A stretch of DNA of 64,000 bases. Source: Chrysomallon squamiferum. Lineage: Eukaryota; Animalia; Mollusca. This document shows positions 41,780-57,240 of the stretch, one piece after another. A model generated the notes under the pieces. The model did not search any database, was not told the origin of the DNA, and saw only the letters and a list, made by a program, of their open reading frames with translations. The position numbers were made by a program, and so were the translations under genes. The stretch is from assembly GCA_012295275.1 (NCBI GenBank), contig CM022669.1:12896001-12960000 (forward strand). The letters are read 5' to 3'. The first letter of the stretch is position 1. Every line of letters begins with the position of its first letter.

Positions 41780-41812
<33 letters not shown>

Positions 41813-42169
41813 TTTAAAAAAGAGCCGACGAAAGGAGTTCAAAATGTGAAGGATAATGTGAAACAGAAACAAAGCTCATGAAAAGAATATCTGCCTGATA
41901 AAACTGATAACTAAATAAGAAAATATAAGATAAAGACAACGGAAAGAGTAAGACAGACAAACTGAGAGGACGAGACAGAGAGACGGAGTGTTACACGTAT
42001 ATACATAGATGGTAGACTGATATATACAAATGTCAGACAAACATAGAAAGAAAAAATGAAAAACAGCAAGACATACAAAACGATAGACAGACAGACATAT
42101 AGGAAGACTGAAAGAAAGACACACACACACACAAATATATATGTGTGTGTGTCTATGTATATGTATATG

Positions 42170-42268
<99 letters not shown>

Positions 42269-42342
42269 ACAAATATATATTTAGAGGTAGATAGGTCGAT
42301 AGATAGATTGGTAGATAAACAGATAGATAGATAGATAGACAT

Positions 42343-42427
<85 letters not shown>

Positions 42428-42635
42428 CTGAGGGACAGAAAGGTGGACAGAGACAGAGAAACAGAGAATTAAAGAGAGACAGAGAAACGCGTTAGAGACA
42501 AGGAAAGCCAGACAGAACTTAGATCAAAAGAAACTGAAAACCAGACAAACTGACAGAAAGCAAGATAATTATAAATAGATACATCACGTTATTAAATAGG
42601 AAAAAAAACAAAACATTCAGAAGTGATGCATGCAC

Positions 42636-43012
42636 AAATAGTAGAATATAAATATAAATATATTTCTTTATATCAGAATAGTTTAAAACTAACCTTAACC
42701 TAAATAGTGGAATAGAAATTTACATATATATCTTTATTTCAGAATAAACCAAAACTAACCTTAAGCTAAATAGTAAGAAAATAAACATAAATATATATAT
42801 ATATATACAATTTTTTTATATCAGAATAATCTAAACCTAACCCTAAGATTGTATAGATTGTATGGATTATCTAAGATAAATAGTAGAATATAAACGTCAG
42901 TGTATTTCTTTAGTTTAGCATAAACCAAAACTGACTTCAAGATAAACAGTAGAATATAAACGTACATGTATTTCTTTATGTCACAATAAACTTACGCTAA
43001 CCACAAGCTGTA
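42636..43012. repeat. About 65-bp AT-rich minisatellite, about 5 copies
   Basis: Units resembling taaatagtagaatataaa...tatttctttatatcagaataaaccaaaactaaccttaag. Confidence 0.8.
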
Positions 43013-43318
43013 TCGGAAAAGAACGAAACTCCAGACTACTCAATATGACAGTTTATGGATTATCTGTGGTAGAGGTTCCTTTAATACGTTTGTGACATAC
43101 AACACAGCTGTCTCACGTTTGTTACACAACAATATTTGCATTTAAGTGTAACTGCCTGTCAGGACAGAACTGTGGATTTAATGAGTTCCCTGTGCACTTG
43201 AGGTTTGGGTGTTAAATGTATGCCCAGATTTGCAATGTAGACAGAGCCGTGTTTTAAACAGAGACTTGGAATCGTAGAAATTCCTGGTTGCATTAATGTG
43301 TATTCTTCTTATCAGCAT

Positions 43319-43437
<119 letters not shown>

Positions 43438-43846
43438 TTCTTTCTCTCTATGTCTCTCTCTCTGTCTCTCTCTGTCCCTCTCTCTGTTTCAGACACAAGC
43501 ACACCCACACACATACACATAAATAATCATTATTCTGCAAACAGTGTAATAATTAGAGTGCACGTACGTAACATAACACATAAATATATTTTATCTATCT
43601 CTTAAGGATCCAAAACTGTTTACAAATTAAAAAAAAACGCCACTAATCGTTTTTCTGTCTTTAGTAACAGTCACGGTGACCATTACGTAACACACGCTTT
43701 ATATTTTGAAATAAAGCGAATCTACAGGTGCCACAACATCAAAAGAAGGTTGTTTTTTCTGAAAAGTAATTTTTCACAAGCCTTATCTATAAATCTCTGC
43801 ATTCTTCTTTTTCTATTTCTGTATTTTTTGTCTTTGATGTTGTCCT

Positions 43847-43951
<105 letters not shown>

Positions 43952-45237
43952 TTTTAATTCAGAAATTATTTATCTTTTTTTTTATGACAGTTCAGAGTTT
44001 ATTCTGTTATAGTCATGTCTGTTTGTTCTTCTTTTTCTTCTTCTTCGTCACTTTTTTTTTTAATTTTAAGCACTTGTTACAAGTTACGCTTTGCTAAGCA
44101 GCAATAACTAAACATTTCAAAATTAAATTAAAAAAAAAAAAGTTTAGATGCTTTTCCGACATTTTATGTTTTCTGTTATGCATATTCGTTTTTATTTTGT
44201 TTCGTTTCTTTTTTCTTTTTTTTTTTTTGCTTTTCCTTTTTGCTTTTTACAGTAATTTTCCTATAATTATATCCGTTAAAAAAAAAAAAATAATAATAAT
44301 AATAAATAAATAAAGATAGAAAGAAAGAAAGATAGATAGATAGAAAGAAAGAAAGAAAAAAGAACAGTATCAAAATAAGACTACTTTTTAAAATAATGCT
44401 CATTCCTCTGGAATGTTTTCTGTCTTTTCTTGTTTTCTTTTTTCCCGTTATTTTTGTTTGTTTTGTCAGGCTTTTTTCCCCCTTCACACCTGTTGTTTTA
44501 AACCAAACGCACCTTTGACGCTACAATCAAACTTTATCTCACTTGACAGATGAGGGAGGTGTACGGATGGAAACTTTAGAGGTGAACGCAATTCCAGCTA
44601 AAATGATCTACACCATCCTATCTGAACATCAGAAGAAAAGAATTGTGTTAATATTTACGCTTTTCAACATGTCTTTTGGTAAAAAAAAAACAGAAAAAAA
44701 CGTTTGGCCACACTTCTGACTCTAAATAACTTTGAATTTGGTTTTTCACTGCATGTGATTTAAATTGCAGACAGAAGCGGTGTGCGGTAGGATGGAAATC
44801 AAACTATCGTCAGTGTTTTATTGTTTCCCAGTTTCTCTCAAAAATGACAGAATGGATTGTTGTGTTTTCCTCGAAGTGAAACTTTTATTTTTGCAATTTG
44901 TCGTTATGTATTTCACAATATTTTTTTTTTTTTTTTTTTTGTTTCTTCTGTTTTTACGTAATTACTGACCTAATTTGTTTATTAAATGTGAAATTAATAA
45001 TTCGTTAATAAAATTATGTTTTAAGAAATCATTAAATCCAAATAAAAAAATAATCTTTGCAGTTACCTTTCTTATTATGGTTCGTGTTGTTGTTATTATT
45101 ATTACTGTTGTAGTTCTGTTGCTGTTGTTGTTGTTGTTGAGTTGCTGCTGCTGTTGTTGTTATCGTTATTGTTGTTGTTATTGCTATTGTTATTATTGTT
45201 ATTATATTCATTATTGATGTTGTTGTTGTTGTTGTTG

Positions 45238-45283
<46 letters not shown>

Positions 45284-45888
45284 CTTGTCAACATACGGCA
45301 GGTCAAACAGCTACGCAAATCACGTTTTATTTAATTTTTAATAAAATTCGTTCCCTCTCAAACATTACTCCAGTCAAATAATATCGCCTTCGATTCAGAA
45401 ATCCTATTACAATCCCTCTTGTTCTTCCTCTCCTTTCCTAGAAATAATCTCGATTAAATTAGCCGTTTCGAGTTTTGTTCTCTTCAGTAAAAACACGATA
45501 CCATGTACAGACAGAACATTTCAGTCAATATTCACTGAAATGACATCACCATCTGACATTTTATTTTGGGTTCATGCACGTGCGTCGTGGTCTAAACCAA
45601 CCTATCGGTAATTGTTGCAGATGTTCTAACACCAGTATTCAGAGGCAACACGTAATTAAATTACAGTTTAGTTTTAATTTAACTCCCAATGAGATTATAT
45701 GTTGTGGTAGTTGTTAAAAAAACTACGTTTTGGACAGGTTTCGAAGGAAGAGTATGAGTGGTACTGTGACATTAACAATAAATGCAGATCTTACATCTAT
45801 GAAAGATATATTTCTCTGTCTGTATTAAAAATAAATTTTAATAAGTTTATATTATATAAGAGCCACTTCTGCGCGATTACAGAAAACT

Positions 45889-45949
<61 letters not shown>

Positions 45950-45976
45950 CAGTAGTAGTAGTAGTACTAGTAGCAA

Positions 45977-46050
<74 letters not shown>

Positions 46051-47479
46051 ATAGTAGTATAGATGATAATGATTATGATTACGACGACGACGGTGATGAT
46101 GATGATGATGATGATGATGATAATAATAATAATATGTTGCTAATAGTTAAGATTGAACGTTGGACTGAAACATAGAAGTTTACTCCCTAAGGTACATTTG
46201 TGACGTAAAAATAAATAAAAAATAAAAATAAATAAATAAAAATAATAAGACGGATATATTTGACATTCATTTTTTTATAATATTAAACTGTATATTTACT
46301 TCGTTTAGTAAAATTAATTTATTCATTCATTTAAAAAAGAAAGTTCTTCTCTCAACACTTTTACAATATTATCCTCATCTCAAAGTGTTTTAATACAATT
46401 ACTTCAGTTTTTTCATGTAATTATTCGTAATATTAATAATAAGAGTGGTTTTTGTAGAAAAGTCAACTATAAGTCATGAAAAATTTATATAGTAAAAGTA
46501 CACCATATTTCAACGAATCAATCAGTAAGAGGTAATTCATTCATTTCTCACAGAAATAGATTTACAGGTAGCTTTTTTTATATATACAATTAAAGTTTTC
46601 ACTGATATTTAAAAGATCTTTCGACTCGAGCCGTTTCTATATTTTAACTTTGTAGAGTTTTATTTAATAGAAGAGTACAGCTCTCTTGAAACGTCTACAT
46701 ATATAAGTCACTCGACATTAATTAAATTGAACCCTTATATAAATTTATTTACGATGCTTTAGTCTGTCTAACTAAAACGTTTCCCTTTGTGTAGTCAGTT
46801 ATCTTATCTTTTTAAAAACCGAAGTGACAAACTGTTACAGATGTGTGGCTTCAACATCGCCTTAACGACTCAGCGATACACAGAACTGAGAAAACACAAC
46901 GTTCAAAGATCCACCTGCTATTAGAGGGCCAGTCACCGTTTTAATTGGGAGAAAATAACACCATGAAATTAGTGGGAAAAATCTGTGCAAATGCAAGCAT
47001 GATTTCTTTGAAAATATTTCCTTGGGGGTCGGGTTATCGTAGAACGGTGGCTTCGAACTGGTAGAATAACAAGCGAGTAAGTACACTCCTGTACAGAAAT
47101 GTTATTTTATTTCTTTACCCCAGTTTCTCTTTAGATAACGAGTGTGAAAGCGAGTTGGCCCGTATTGTGTTAATATCGCTACTACACCGATAGACTTTTT
47201 AGCTTCGATGTGTATTAACTGATAAGCTTAGATATTCGAAAAGGTTGTTATTGTTGTAAAGATATGATGAACAGACATCTCTAACATACTCCTTTCTTTG
47301 TGTACAAAACAATATACATATACAGACACACACACACACACATACACATACACAAAAGCAATCACACATTTAAACATGTACACACCCACACATATATATA
47401 CATAGACATATACATAATACATATATAAATACATACATACATACACACATACATATACATATATACATGTGTGTGTGTG

Positions 47480-47511
<32 letters not shown>

Positions 47512-48003
47512 CACATACACATATACATACGTACATATATATTATATAGATAATACATAGTATGTACGTACATTCATACATATATACATACATACATAAA
47601 CATACATACATACATACATACATACAAACATACATACATACATACATACATACATACATACATACACACACATACATGCATACTATTCCATCTATTCTTT
47701 TATTGATCCATCCATCCACATGTACTAACAGATATGTAATTTTACACATTCAGTGACACACACGTTAAAACACAATTCAGTATTTAGAATATCTTCACAA
47801 GTATCAAATCCAATACACAGTGAACACTTATTTATTCACTTTTGCAGATTGTTGCAATCAGGTTCAAATCCATACGTAATTATTACCCATCTATTTATAC
47901 AGCTGAAAAAAAGAAAAAAAAAAAAAAAAAACCGTCGTAAATAGATCTTACCTTTCTGAACTCAAACCGCACTCATCAATATTTAAATGGAAATAAAACT
48001 CAC

Positions 48004-48140
48004 CCTTTTGTTGCCCAGGTTCTCCACTTCACACTTCAAAACGGCGAGCTCTCCCACTTCGAACGTGTAGTTTGTCGGAGTAGGGATGAATCTAGGGAGG
48101 GTGTTCTGTTTGGAGCGATCTGTATACAAATTTCTGAATG
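48004..48140 (-). CDS. Dpr/ZIG-8-like Ig-superfamily gene, internal exon encoding the N-terminal half of Ig1
   Basis: Not in the ORF track. Minus strand reads ttctttttcttttcag|CATTC...AAAAGG|gtgagt. 137 nt, phase 1 to phase 0, translating (A)FRNLYTDRSKQNTLPRFIPTPTNYTFEVGELAVLKCEVENLGNKR. Contains the Dpr-type G..A.L.C.V.NLG.K motif and joins in frame to VGWRR of the next exon. Confidence 0.93.
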
Positions 48141-50326
48141 CTGAAAAGAAAAAGAAAGAAATAGAAGAATAAGAATAAGAAATAATCAGGAATTAATACA
48201 ATCGTAATTAAGTTACGTCGTCGTTAGGAAAAGAGTTTTTCCCGATCTGTTGACACGTCCATAGATGTAGAAGACATTTCAAACAATCGTAATCTTCTGT
48301 AAATTAAATTAGATCAAATGTTAACATGGTTTTCCAACTTGGTTGGTTCGTGGATCTTTCTAAACGCAAGAGAGAGAGAGAGGGTATTCGGTGACGTGTG
48401 AATTGTGGAAATGGTAACAGTTTTATAGTTAGGATTAATGAAAGTTGTATTGCTGGCAGAGGTTTTTTTTTCACAGTGGAGTTCAGTAGATTGATTAATT
48501 TAGTATATATCTGAATTATATTTCAAATATTTCATTTTTGTTGTTCTTGTTCTCTTGTTTGCTTGTTGTTATGTTGTTGTGTTTTTGTTTTTAGTTTTTT
48601 TTTTTTTTTTTTTTTATTCTGGTTTTTTTTTTGTTCTAAATCAAATATTGTCCAGTATCGTATCGATGTATCTCTTGTTAAGTATAAATTCTGATAATAT
48701 TCATATGATAAAAAATATGTTAAACCATACCTAAAGATAAAAAAAAAAAGTTATTCAATATCCATCAGACTTTTATTTCATTTCAATCATAAGATGATGA
48801 ACAACAATAAAACAAAAAAATTCAAAAATTATTTCTCGCAAAGTTCTCTCAGATTGACACAAACGTTCTAAAGCTCTGCAGAGATCCGTCATACCGCTTT
48901 CCTCGAGTGCAGCATCAACTGATGTCAACAACCATTGACGAAATCACAGCTTTTGTAGAAAATGAAGTGATTTAATTTTTCAAAGCTCACCTCTTGGTAA
49001 TTTGTACAGATTTGGTGGTATTATGGTCGGTCGTTTTTGTTAATAATCGATAAACGAGTCACAGACCACGGCCCTTCTGATGAAAATACTAAGAATATGA
49101 ATCTAAATGAATCGTTTCATAATTCAGGGTCGCTCTGTGCAGTTAACTCGACGTTTCGGTAATGGTCTGAGATATTTCAATATCAGGTCCGGTTTGTGTG
49201 AGTCGAACCAACAGAGACCTACGTCAGCAAGAAAAGAGATAGTCAGTTCTGTAAAGTGCAAATAGGTTATCTTTCAGCATATAGCTAGCTGTATATGCCA
49301 GAAGTAGCCCAAGTTCTGTTTGAAATAGGAAAGACAAATTGTAGATTTTCAATTTTTATTATTCTTTAGAAATTCTGGCTTCATATTTATAAAGATAATT
49401 ACATCGAGACAGCTAGGCTTTGAATTCAAAACAACCCATCTGAGCCATATACAAAACAACACAGACATGAAAAGGGTTCCGCCAGTCACCTTCTTGGTAC
49501 TAAACAGTTCTTAAACGAATACGTCCTAATATAACCCCGCGTCTTTCTACAAAAGTAATAAACCTACCTGATGGCACTGTCTTTGATAAGCCAATAGTTG
49601 GGGATAACAAGAGGGAAAAAAAGGCTGAACTCGTTTATTAAAATCAGTTGATCCAGCGACCTACTACATCCCAGAGCTTGTTTCGTTGCGAACATCTGTT
49701 TTTGGATGATGCCAACGACAAGTTCAAGATCGCGATGCTGACACAAAACAACTCCTCTTTAACCAGCTTATTAAACTCTCAGTCAGAAAATATGCGTTTT
49801 GATGAGGTAACTACGTTCTCTGGTTGTCTTATTTCCACTTATCGGCAACAAAACAATGTGCGCTTCAGTTTTTGTGTGACAATTTTCAGAATATTTATGA
49901 TCTGAAGCACCAAAAACGCTGAAAAGATGAAAAAACAATTTGAAAAAAAAACAAAAAAATGGCAAAATGAAACAAAACAAAAAAGTGAAAAAGCTTTTAA
50001 GTCTTCGACATTTTTCATGCTTCGCGTTTTGGTTCCTGAAAGAAGTAAATTGCCGCAGACAAGATCATTTAGCAGAGAATGTAAGAAAAAAAACGCGAAA
50101 GATGAAACCTAATTCTGTCACAACGCCGGTTTTTGAAAACTTCATCAAATGGCAGGCATTCCTGAGAGGATTTGAATAAAATGAACTCTTTCGAAACGAA
50201 TAGAATATCAATATTTATCACCGTAATGCACTTGTGTGAATGAATATTATTTTCAGCTGGTAAAGAAAGATAAACTGTACACGTTTTATAATTCAACGTG
50301 TGAGTTTAAAACTCGTTTATTTGTTA

Positions 50327-50484
<158 letters not shown>

Positions 50485-51411
50485 CACACACACTCTCTCT
50501 CTTTCTGTGTATTTCTCTCAGTGTCTTGTGTGTTTCTCTCTGTCTCTGTATTTGTCTCTCGCAACAAATGTTCTTATTTTTCTTCTAGCCATATATCACA
50601 CACATACAAAGCATTCTTTCCGTCTGTTTGTCTGCGTGTTCATCTATCTGTTTATCTATCTGTCTATCAAATGTATCTGCTATATAGATGTCATGTATTG
50701 TTCACTTTGGGTGACTATTTCTTTTTCTTTGCAGTATATTTTCCTTTATACCGCCATATTCGTGTCTACAAATACAAATATTAAATCCGATAGTACTTAG
50801 AGATACTCATGTCATTTTCCATTCGTTCTACTGTTTTTACGAAACACAAAAGCTTGGTCAGTTCTGTTGACATAATTACTTGCATAGCAACATTACGGCC
50901 CATTTTGCCAAAGGGACAATAAAAATTTTTACGCCAAATTATAAAGACATAAAAAAGTAGGTCGTAAAACTGAACAAAGAACTAATTAATATTTTAAAAC
51001 ACTGACGGTAATTAGCAATGTCTCTATAATGCGACCTGTCTGTTCATGCGTTGTTTTATTGTCATCTCTCTTATGTTGTATTTTTAAACCGGTTTGTCCT
51101 GTAGACGCAAAGGGACAGATCCATATTAGAAATAATAATAATAATAATAATAATAGTAATAATAATAATAGTAAATCTTTAAAGAAAAAGAAAAAGAAAA
51201 AAACTTGGGGTATACGCCCTGGTTATGGTGGATCTGTAGTATTAGAAATTAAAAGAATTTTGTTATAAAGAAAAGTAAAGAATAGAAAAAAAAAAGAAAA
51301 TATGTTTAGAGAAGAAAATAGAGGCGTGAGGATCGGATCCATTAATGCGGAAAAATATAATATTCAGCATCAAATTATTGTAACATCAACAGCAGCAGCC
51401 ACAACAACAAC

Positions 51412-51518
<107 letters not shown>

Positions 51519-52112
51519 CAACAATAAAGTAATAACACAGTAAAATCAATGCTTAGCCTTCGCATACAATCCTATTATTATTCTTCATTAACTTTGTTGT
51601 TTCCTTTGTTATAACGGAAATCCACACAAAAACGTTTCAATTTTTGAACATCTGACACATTCGCATAAGAATAATTTGACATGCCCAACCAGTTTATAGT
51701 CGTCAAAAAAGATATATATTAATGTATATTGAAACATGTACAGCAATTACGTATAATTTTCTGTTATCGTAGTCAGTAACATTACAGTAATAAATATTAA
51801 TAATACATACGTCTCATGTTAGTTTTCAGTATGTTTGCTGCATTCAGTAGTTGCTAATTATACGTCTGAAGAAACATTATTGACTGGCAATTAATTTCAT
51901 GTTGAAATATCAGAAATCATATTCAGTTATTTATTTAAATTTTAATTATCTTCTTTATGGTCATGCCGTTGCAGCTTTTGTTGTTAAGTTGGATAAAATG
52001 GTTCACTGAAATCCTAATCTGTATAATTTTGATATCAGTCATTAGCAGAGAAGAAAAGTACAAAAGTGTAACGATAATAATATCTTGTCAAAATAGACTC
52101 TCGTTCCCTTTT

Positions 52113-52200
<88 letters not shown>

Positions 52201-52549
52201 TGACTGTCATCTGACTATCAAAGTGTCTTGCGGTTAACCAAACACAGCCATGAAAAAGAACCAGAACCAGAGCGCGCCAGAATAACTTAATTAAGAAAAT
52301 TCCAGAACACAAACAATATTATCGCAATGATACAATAACAAGAAGACGAGAAAAAGATTTCGAGTATCTCTTACGACAAAAAGGAACAAAAAAAAAAAAG
52401 AAAAGAAAACAGAAAGAAAAAACAAGAACATGCTCAAAAAAATCAAAAAAAAAGAAAAAGAAAAGAGAATCTTCCTGACGAAATCGATATCATGCAACTG
52501 GAGTGGCCATCCTATTATAAACAAACCATCAATATCAAATTTCTGCGAT

Positions 52550-52800
52550 CTTGTTGCTAATTTAATTGGTTATTTCATATTGGCATCGGATCGCCTGCAG
52601 GAGGCGCTGTTTGCTAAACAGAACATTAATGCACGAATTTCCGCTGTCCACGTTAACTGACGTAACGGACCGTGAACGAAATGCTGCGCATGCGCATTCA
52701 CAACCAGTGCGGCATGTGAGCAATCCATCTGATAGCAAACAGTGTCCGATTGACGTCTGATAACGTTTCTGCTTCGATACGTTTGCACAATCGAGTCACT
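52550..52800. promoter_or_regulatory. Promoter-like CpG-richer island
   Basis: Perfect NRF1/Ewg-type palindrome TGCGCATGCGCA (52685-52696), CRE-like TGACGTAA (52658) and TGACGTCT (52751), reverse CCAAT boxes (ATTGG at about 52565 and 52579). Confidence 0.5.
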
Positions 52801-52842
52801 CAGAAACGAGATTTTGACGAATCGAGTTCTCTTCGTTGGACG

Positions 52843-53038
52843 ATGTGCTTGAAGAGAGAGGTATGCATGATGGTAAATGCAGCGGAAAGCGTGGTGAAAA
52901 CATGCTTTTGCCAAATATGTTTTCTCTACTGCAAGATACACGTAAATCTTCCATACAAGACAAATCTAGCGTTAAGTTTTCTCAAAGTGCGTTTTACATT
53001 TTTGCTGATCTTGTCTTTTTGGGCTGCACTTTCTGCTG
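52843..53038 (+). CDS. Candidate first coding exon ending in a signal peptide (gene identity unknown)
   Basis: In-frame ATGs at 52843, 52867 and 52870. The frame ends ...KVRFTFLLILSFWAALSA + G|gtaaag (phase-1 donor at 53039): basic residues, hydrophobic core, small residues at the end. Non-repetitive sequence directly downstream of a promoter-like island. Confidence 0.5.
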
Positions 53039-54349
53039 GTAAAGTGGTGTATGAACTGAAACAAGTTTTAGAAACGGAAAATCATTGGTCGTTTCATAAT
53101 TATGTCAAAGCAACAGAAAATGGTTTATGTATATTTTCTCTTCTTCGAATTTAGTACCATCTACAGAGATTAATGGGTAATCAAATGAAAAATGTTCAAT
53201 TTATTCGTAAGGTTAGATAATTATTATGAAAATTATTATTTACCATGCAAAATAAAAAGTGTATGAAATATTAGGCTTATTACGGGAAAAGCATGTTTAC
53301 ATTAATCTAATAAAAAATATATATATGATGCAGTGATTAAATTATATTTACTTTTTATAAAATACAATTTCATTTTGTGTTATTTGTTAGGAGGCGGGGG
53401 AAGAGGCATATCAGATTCATCATTACACTTTTTTTTTTCCTTTATGTTTATTGATTGAATTAGTCACAATTCTCACATAACGCAATGTAATTTGCCTTCA
53501 TATTTTACAAGCAAAAATATGAAAGAAAAAAAAAAAAAGAAAAATAAATAAATAAGAATCGAAAAAAAAAAAATCTTCAGAGACTTTTACACGACATTTA
53601 TCATTCGTTCCACACCACAACTGCAAAAAAAAAAACCTGACATAAAAAAGAGACAATTCTGCAAAGACCATAACCCGAAACTAATCCACGTAAATGATAA
53701 ATTATCAACGCGGAATTTATGCGACGCTGTAGCCACATAAAATCTACATCAAGCACAGATGAAGTATTTGTCCCTTTGTCATCCGAATGGTCGTAGATTA
53801 TGTTATTTATCGTTATAGGTAAATCCGAAGTTCTATAGTTTGGTCAGCTCATGCATAAATCCCATAAACGTGGAGACCGCCACACACAGTTAATACTTCT
53901 CTAAATATATTGCTTGTCAAAGTACTTAATTGTCCGCTCTCAGTCTCGATTAGGAATAGTGATGGAGTGAATCAGCATGATATATATATATATATATACA
54001 CACACTTATTTATTTTATTTATTTACTTACTAAGTTACTTATTTGCACGCTTACTTCCGTATTTATTTATTTACTTATTTATATATTTATTGCTTTCCTG
54101 TTTTTTTTCGATTATTTTTTTTTTATAACTTATTAATTTTTAATTTGTTATTCTGTTGTTGTTGTTATTTGATCGTTCGTCAAATCTGTCATCCAGAAAA
54201 TTTTGCTATTTTGTTTAAATTACTTCATACTCTTTCATATAAAGATCATACTTTGAACAACAGTCGATTAAATATCCTTTTTGTATCGTGCAGATGTGCT
54301 GGTGACTTCAAATATTAATGTGTATAAATTATTAACATGTAAAACAAAA

Positions 54350-54460
<111 letters not shown>

Positions 54461-55670
54461 CAAAACAGATAAAAAAAAAAAAAAAATGTTCTGATTTCAA
54501 ACCTTTTAAAACCTTGAAACCTCAAATGCACTGAAGTCACATTAAATAGCAAATAATAAAAAAATCAAACGAGAGAAAATAAAATAAAATAAAATGATTA
54601 AAAACGTCTGGGAGAGATCTGATCGCCTGACAAAGACGTAACGTGAAGAACAAAATAACATTTTATTTTCAATAACTTTTAAACTCGGGGTAATGCGATC
54701 ATTTTAAAACTTAATCTGAATTTCCAGTCCTTATAGAGTAAAACCAAAAAAAAAAATATTTTGTTTTCTTTCTTTTATTTCCCTCCTGCTCCTCCTCATC
54801 ATAGACTTTGATTCGCAGGATCATTGGAAATCTCTATTTGATTTGTTGGGATATTTGGTGACGCTGATGATTATAACCAAATTTTCCAGTCAACTTTATC
54901 GTCCATTAAGACATGTTTAATTAAATATTCTCGGTTTTGTGACAAAATAACACAATTATTCTTTTCAACAAAGGATGAGTCATGTTTTTATTAATTTTTT
55001 AGCATTGATGTCTCTACTGGTTTTCTTTTTTCCTTCTTGGCTAAAGTTTCTCTTCTTTCATTTTTTTTTTCTCTCTCTATCTCTTTTTTTCCTTATTTCT
55101 ACTTTTCCTTTTAGTAAATTTGCTCTTTTTTTTTTGCAGTCTCTGATCCTTTTCTTTAAAATCATTTCTGTTCATTTTTTATTTTATTATTATATTCAGT
55201 TTTCATTTTTTTTTAGTTTTCTCTTTTTCTTCGAGACTGTTGTTGAGAATAATCAAATTCTCTCTCTGGATTTCCTCTGTAATTCGTTTTCGTCTCTGCC
55301 AGCGCAGAGGGATTTGTTTCAGATTATGACAAGTCTTGCTGAGAAATATTTTTCTTCTTCTTCTTCTTCTGTCTCTTCTTTTTAAAATAAAGAAGAAACA
55401 TTCAGGGCATAGTAGTATCTTAATAATTCCTTATAGCTTACTCTTTTTTTCATTAATTTTATTTTTTTTTTTTTTTTTTTTTTTTTTATTACGGTTCTTG
55501 TCGTTGTTGTGGTTTTCATCATCATTATAGTTATTACTACTGCTACTTCTGCTACTATTTTTACTACTACTGCTTCTACTACTACTAGTACTACTAGTAC
55601 TACCACCAACACCTCTACTACTACTACTGCTACTACTATCATAATTATTATTATTATTATTATTATTATT

Positions 55671-55711
<41 letters not shown>

Positions 55712-57197
55712 TAATAATATTTCTTCTGTTTTAACTGGTTTTTATTTCCGTTTATCTCTTCTGATTCTTTTCTTTAAATATACATAAATGTATGTGTTAG
55801 TGGTCCTTTAGAAAGTATTTTTTAAAAAATTAACGTTCATTTATGAAACTTTGATTTTCCATAGCAGCTATTACTTTATTATTCTGCTGTAATTATACAC
55901 TACTGCCCAGATCCGTCGTTTTCTCTTTTCTCTGTTTCTCTCCTTTCACTGTGAACGTCATCGTAGCCATCATTATTGGTCATTATATCCTCGAGATCAA
56001 TGTAAATACATGTGGACTTCTACAATAGGACAAAATATTATGCTATTACATCAGATTAATTCATCATAATGTTCGTTACTTCATTTTCTTCTTCGTAGTC
56101 TTCATCGATACTTTTTTCTTCTTCTTTCGTTTTTTTTCTCCTTTTTGTCCTTCCATGTATTTGTTTCTTTCTTCTTGTTCTTCTCGTCATCATCATCATT
56201 ATCATCATCATCATCTTCAACCCCGTTGTCGCCGTCGTAATCATTATCATCAATACCTTCTTCCTCTTTTTCCTTTTATGTCCTTCCACTTATTCGTGTC
56301 TTTTGTCTTCTTTTTCTTCTTCTTCTTCTTCTTCTTCTTCTTCTTCTTCTTCTTCTTTCTCTCCTTGTTCTTCTCCTTCTTCTTATCACTCTTGCAATAA
56401 ATTATTCTCTCTCTCTCTCTCTCTCTCTCTCTGGCGGGCTTTAACAATTCACCAGTCCTCATCGTCTTATCTCTTACTTCTCGTCCAGCCTCTCGCGTAC
56501 AAGACGCTAATCGCCACAAGAACATAACACTAAGAAAGTCAAGAGATATCGCACCTAATGGTGTTATACATCAAGCAGCGGATCAAGTGATGGGCGCTGA
56601 TACCCGTATCTTCTTCACCATCTCTCGAGCCAGCTCGTAGCGACTTCAGCAAGGCAAACGTAAACCCACTCTCCATATTGTACGGTTAATCAGGTTTTGT
56701 ATTCTCTTTATTTCCATATACCGCCGTCAGTCACTCGATCCAGGCATATCCAGTGATCAAGAGCGAGGATTACTTGTCCCAATTAAGAATGAACTAATTA
56801 CACGGGCGGATCGGTTTTGCCCGAGTTTATTTGTCCGTTAGAAGACAAAAACAGCGTCGAAACGTTTGATGATGGTTGGAAATTCTGGCGTTAAACAGCG
56901 GCGATGTTTGTAGAACGAAATGTAAACAGCTGAATAATGTGTTTGGGTAGTTAGTTAGGGCGGTAGTAAAGTTGCTGGTGCATTTATTGGGATTGGGTGT
57001 GTTTTTTGTGTATGTGTTTGTGTGTGTTTGTGTTGTTTGTGTTAATGTGTGTGCATGATTGCCGTATTTTCCAACATGCCTTTTTAAAAAATCCGTTTTA
57101 ATATTATTACTTGTTCGTTTACACATTGCAGAAATTACTGCAGTACGATTTAGGCAAAATGTAAACAAACAAACACACAAATAAACATAGAAAATAA

Positions 57198-57240
<43 letters not shown>

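Noticed and set aside
42680-42850. taaccttaacc/taaccctaa as an interstitial telomere
   Set aside because: Only one or two degenerate units per 65-bp minisatellite monomer.
47947-48003. Strong alternative donor AAG|gtaaga 52 nt beyond the Ig1a donor
   Set aside because: The extension contains an in-frame TAA and shifts the frame, so at best it is a non-productive isoform.
49564-49746. Minus-strand ORF ending at ag|gtagg as the missing first exon, via a phase-2 acceptor at 48133
   Set aside because: The peptide is not a convincing signal sequence, and it requires the weaker downstream AG.
56442-56525. Minus-strand MFLWRLASCTREAGREVRDKTMRT+G|gtgaat as the first exon
   Set aside because: The phase fits, but the hydrophobic core is far too short for a signal peptide.
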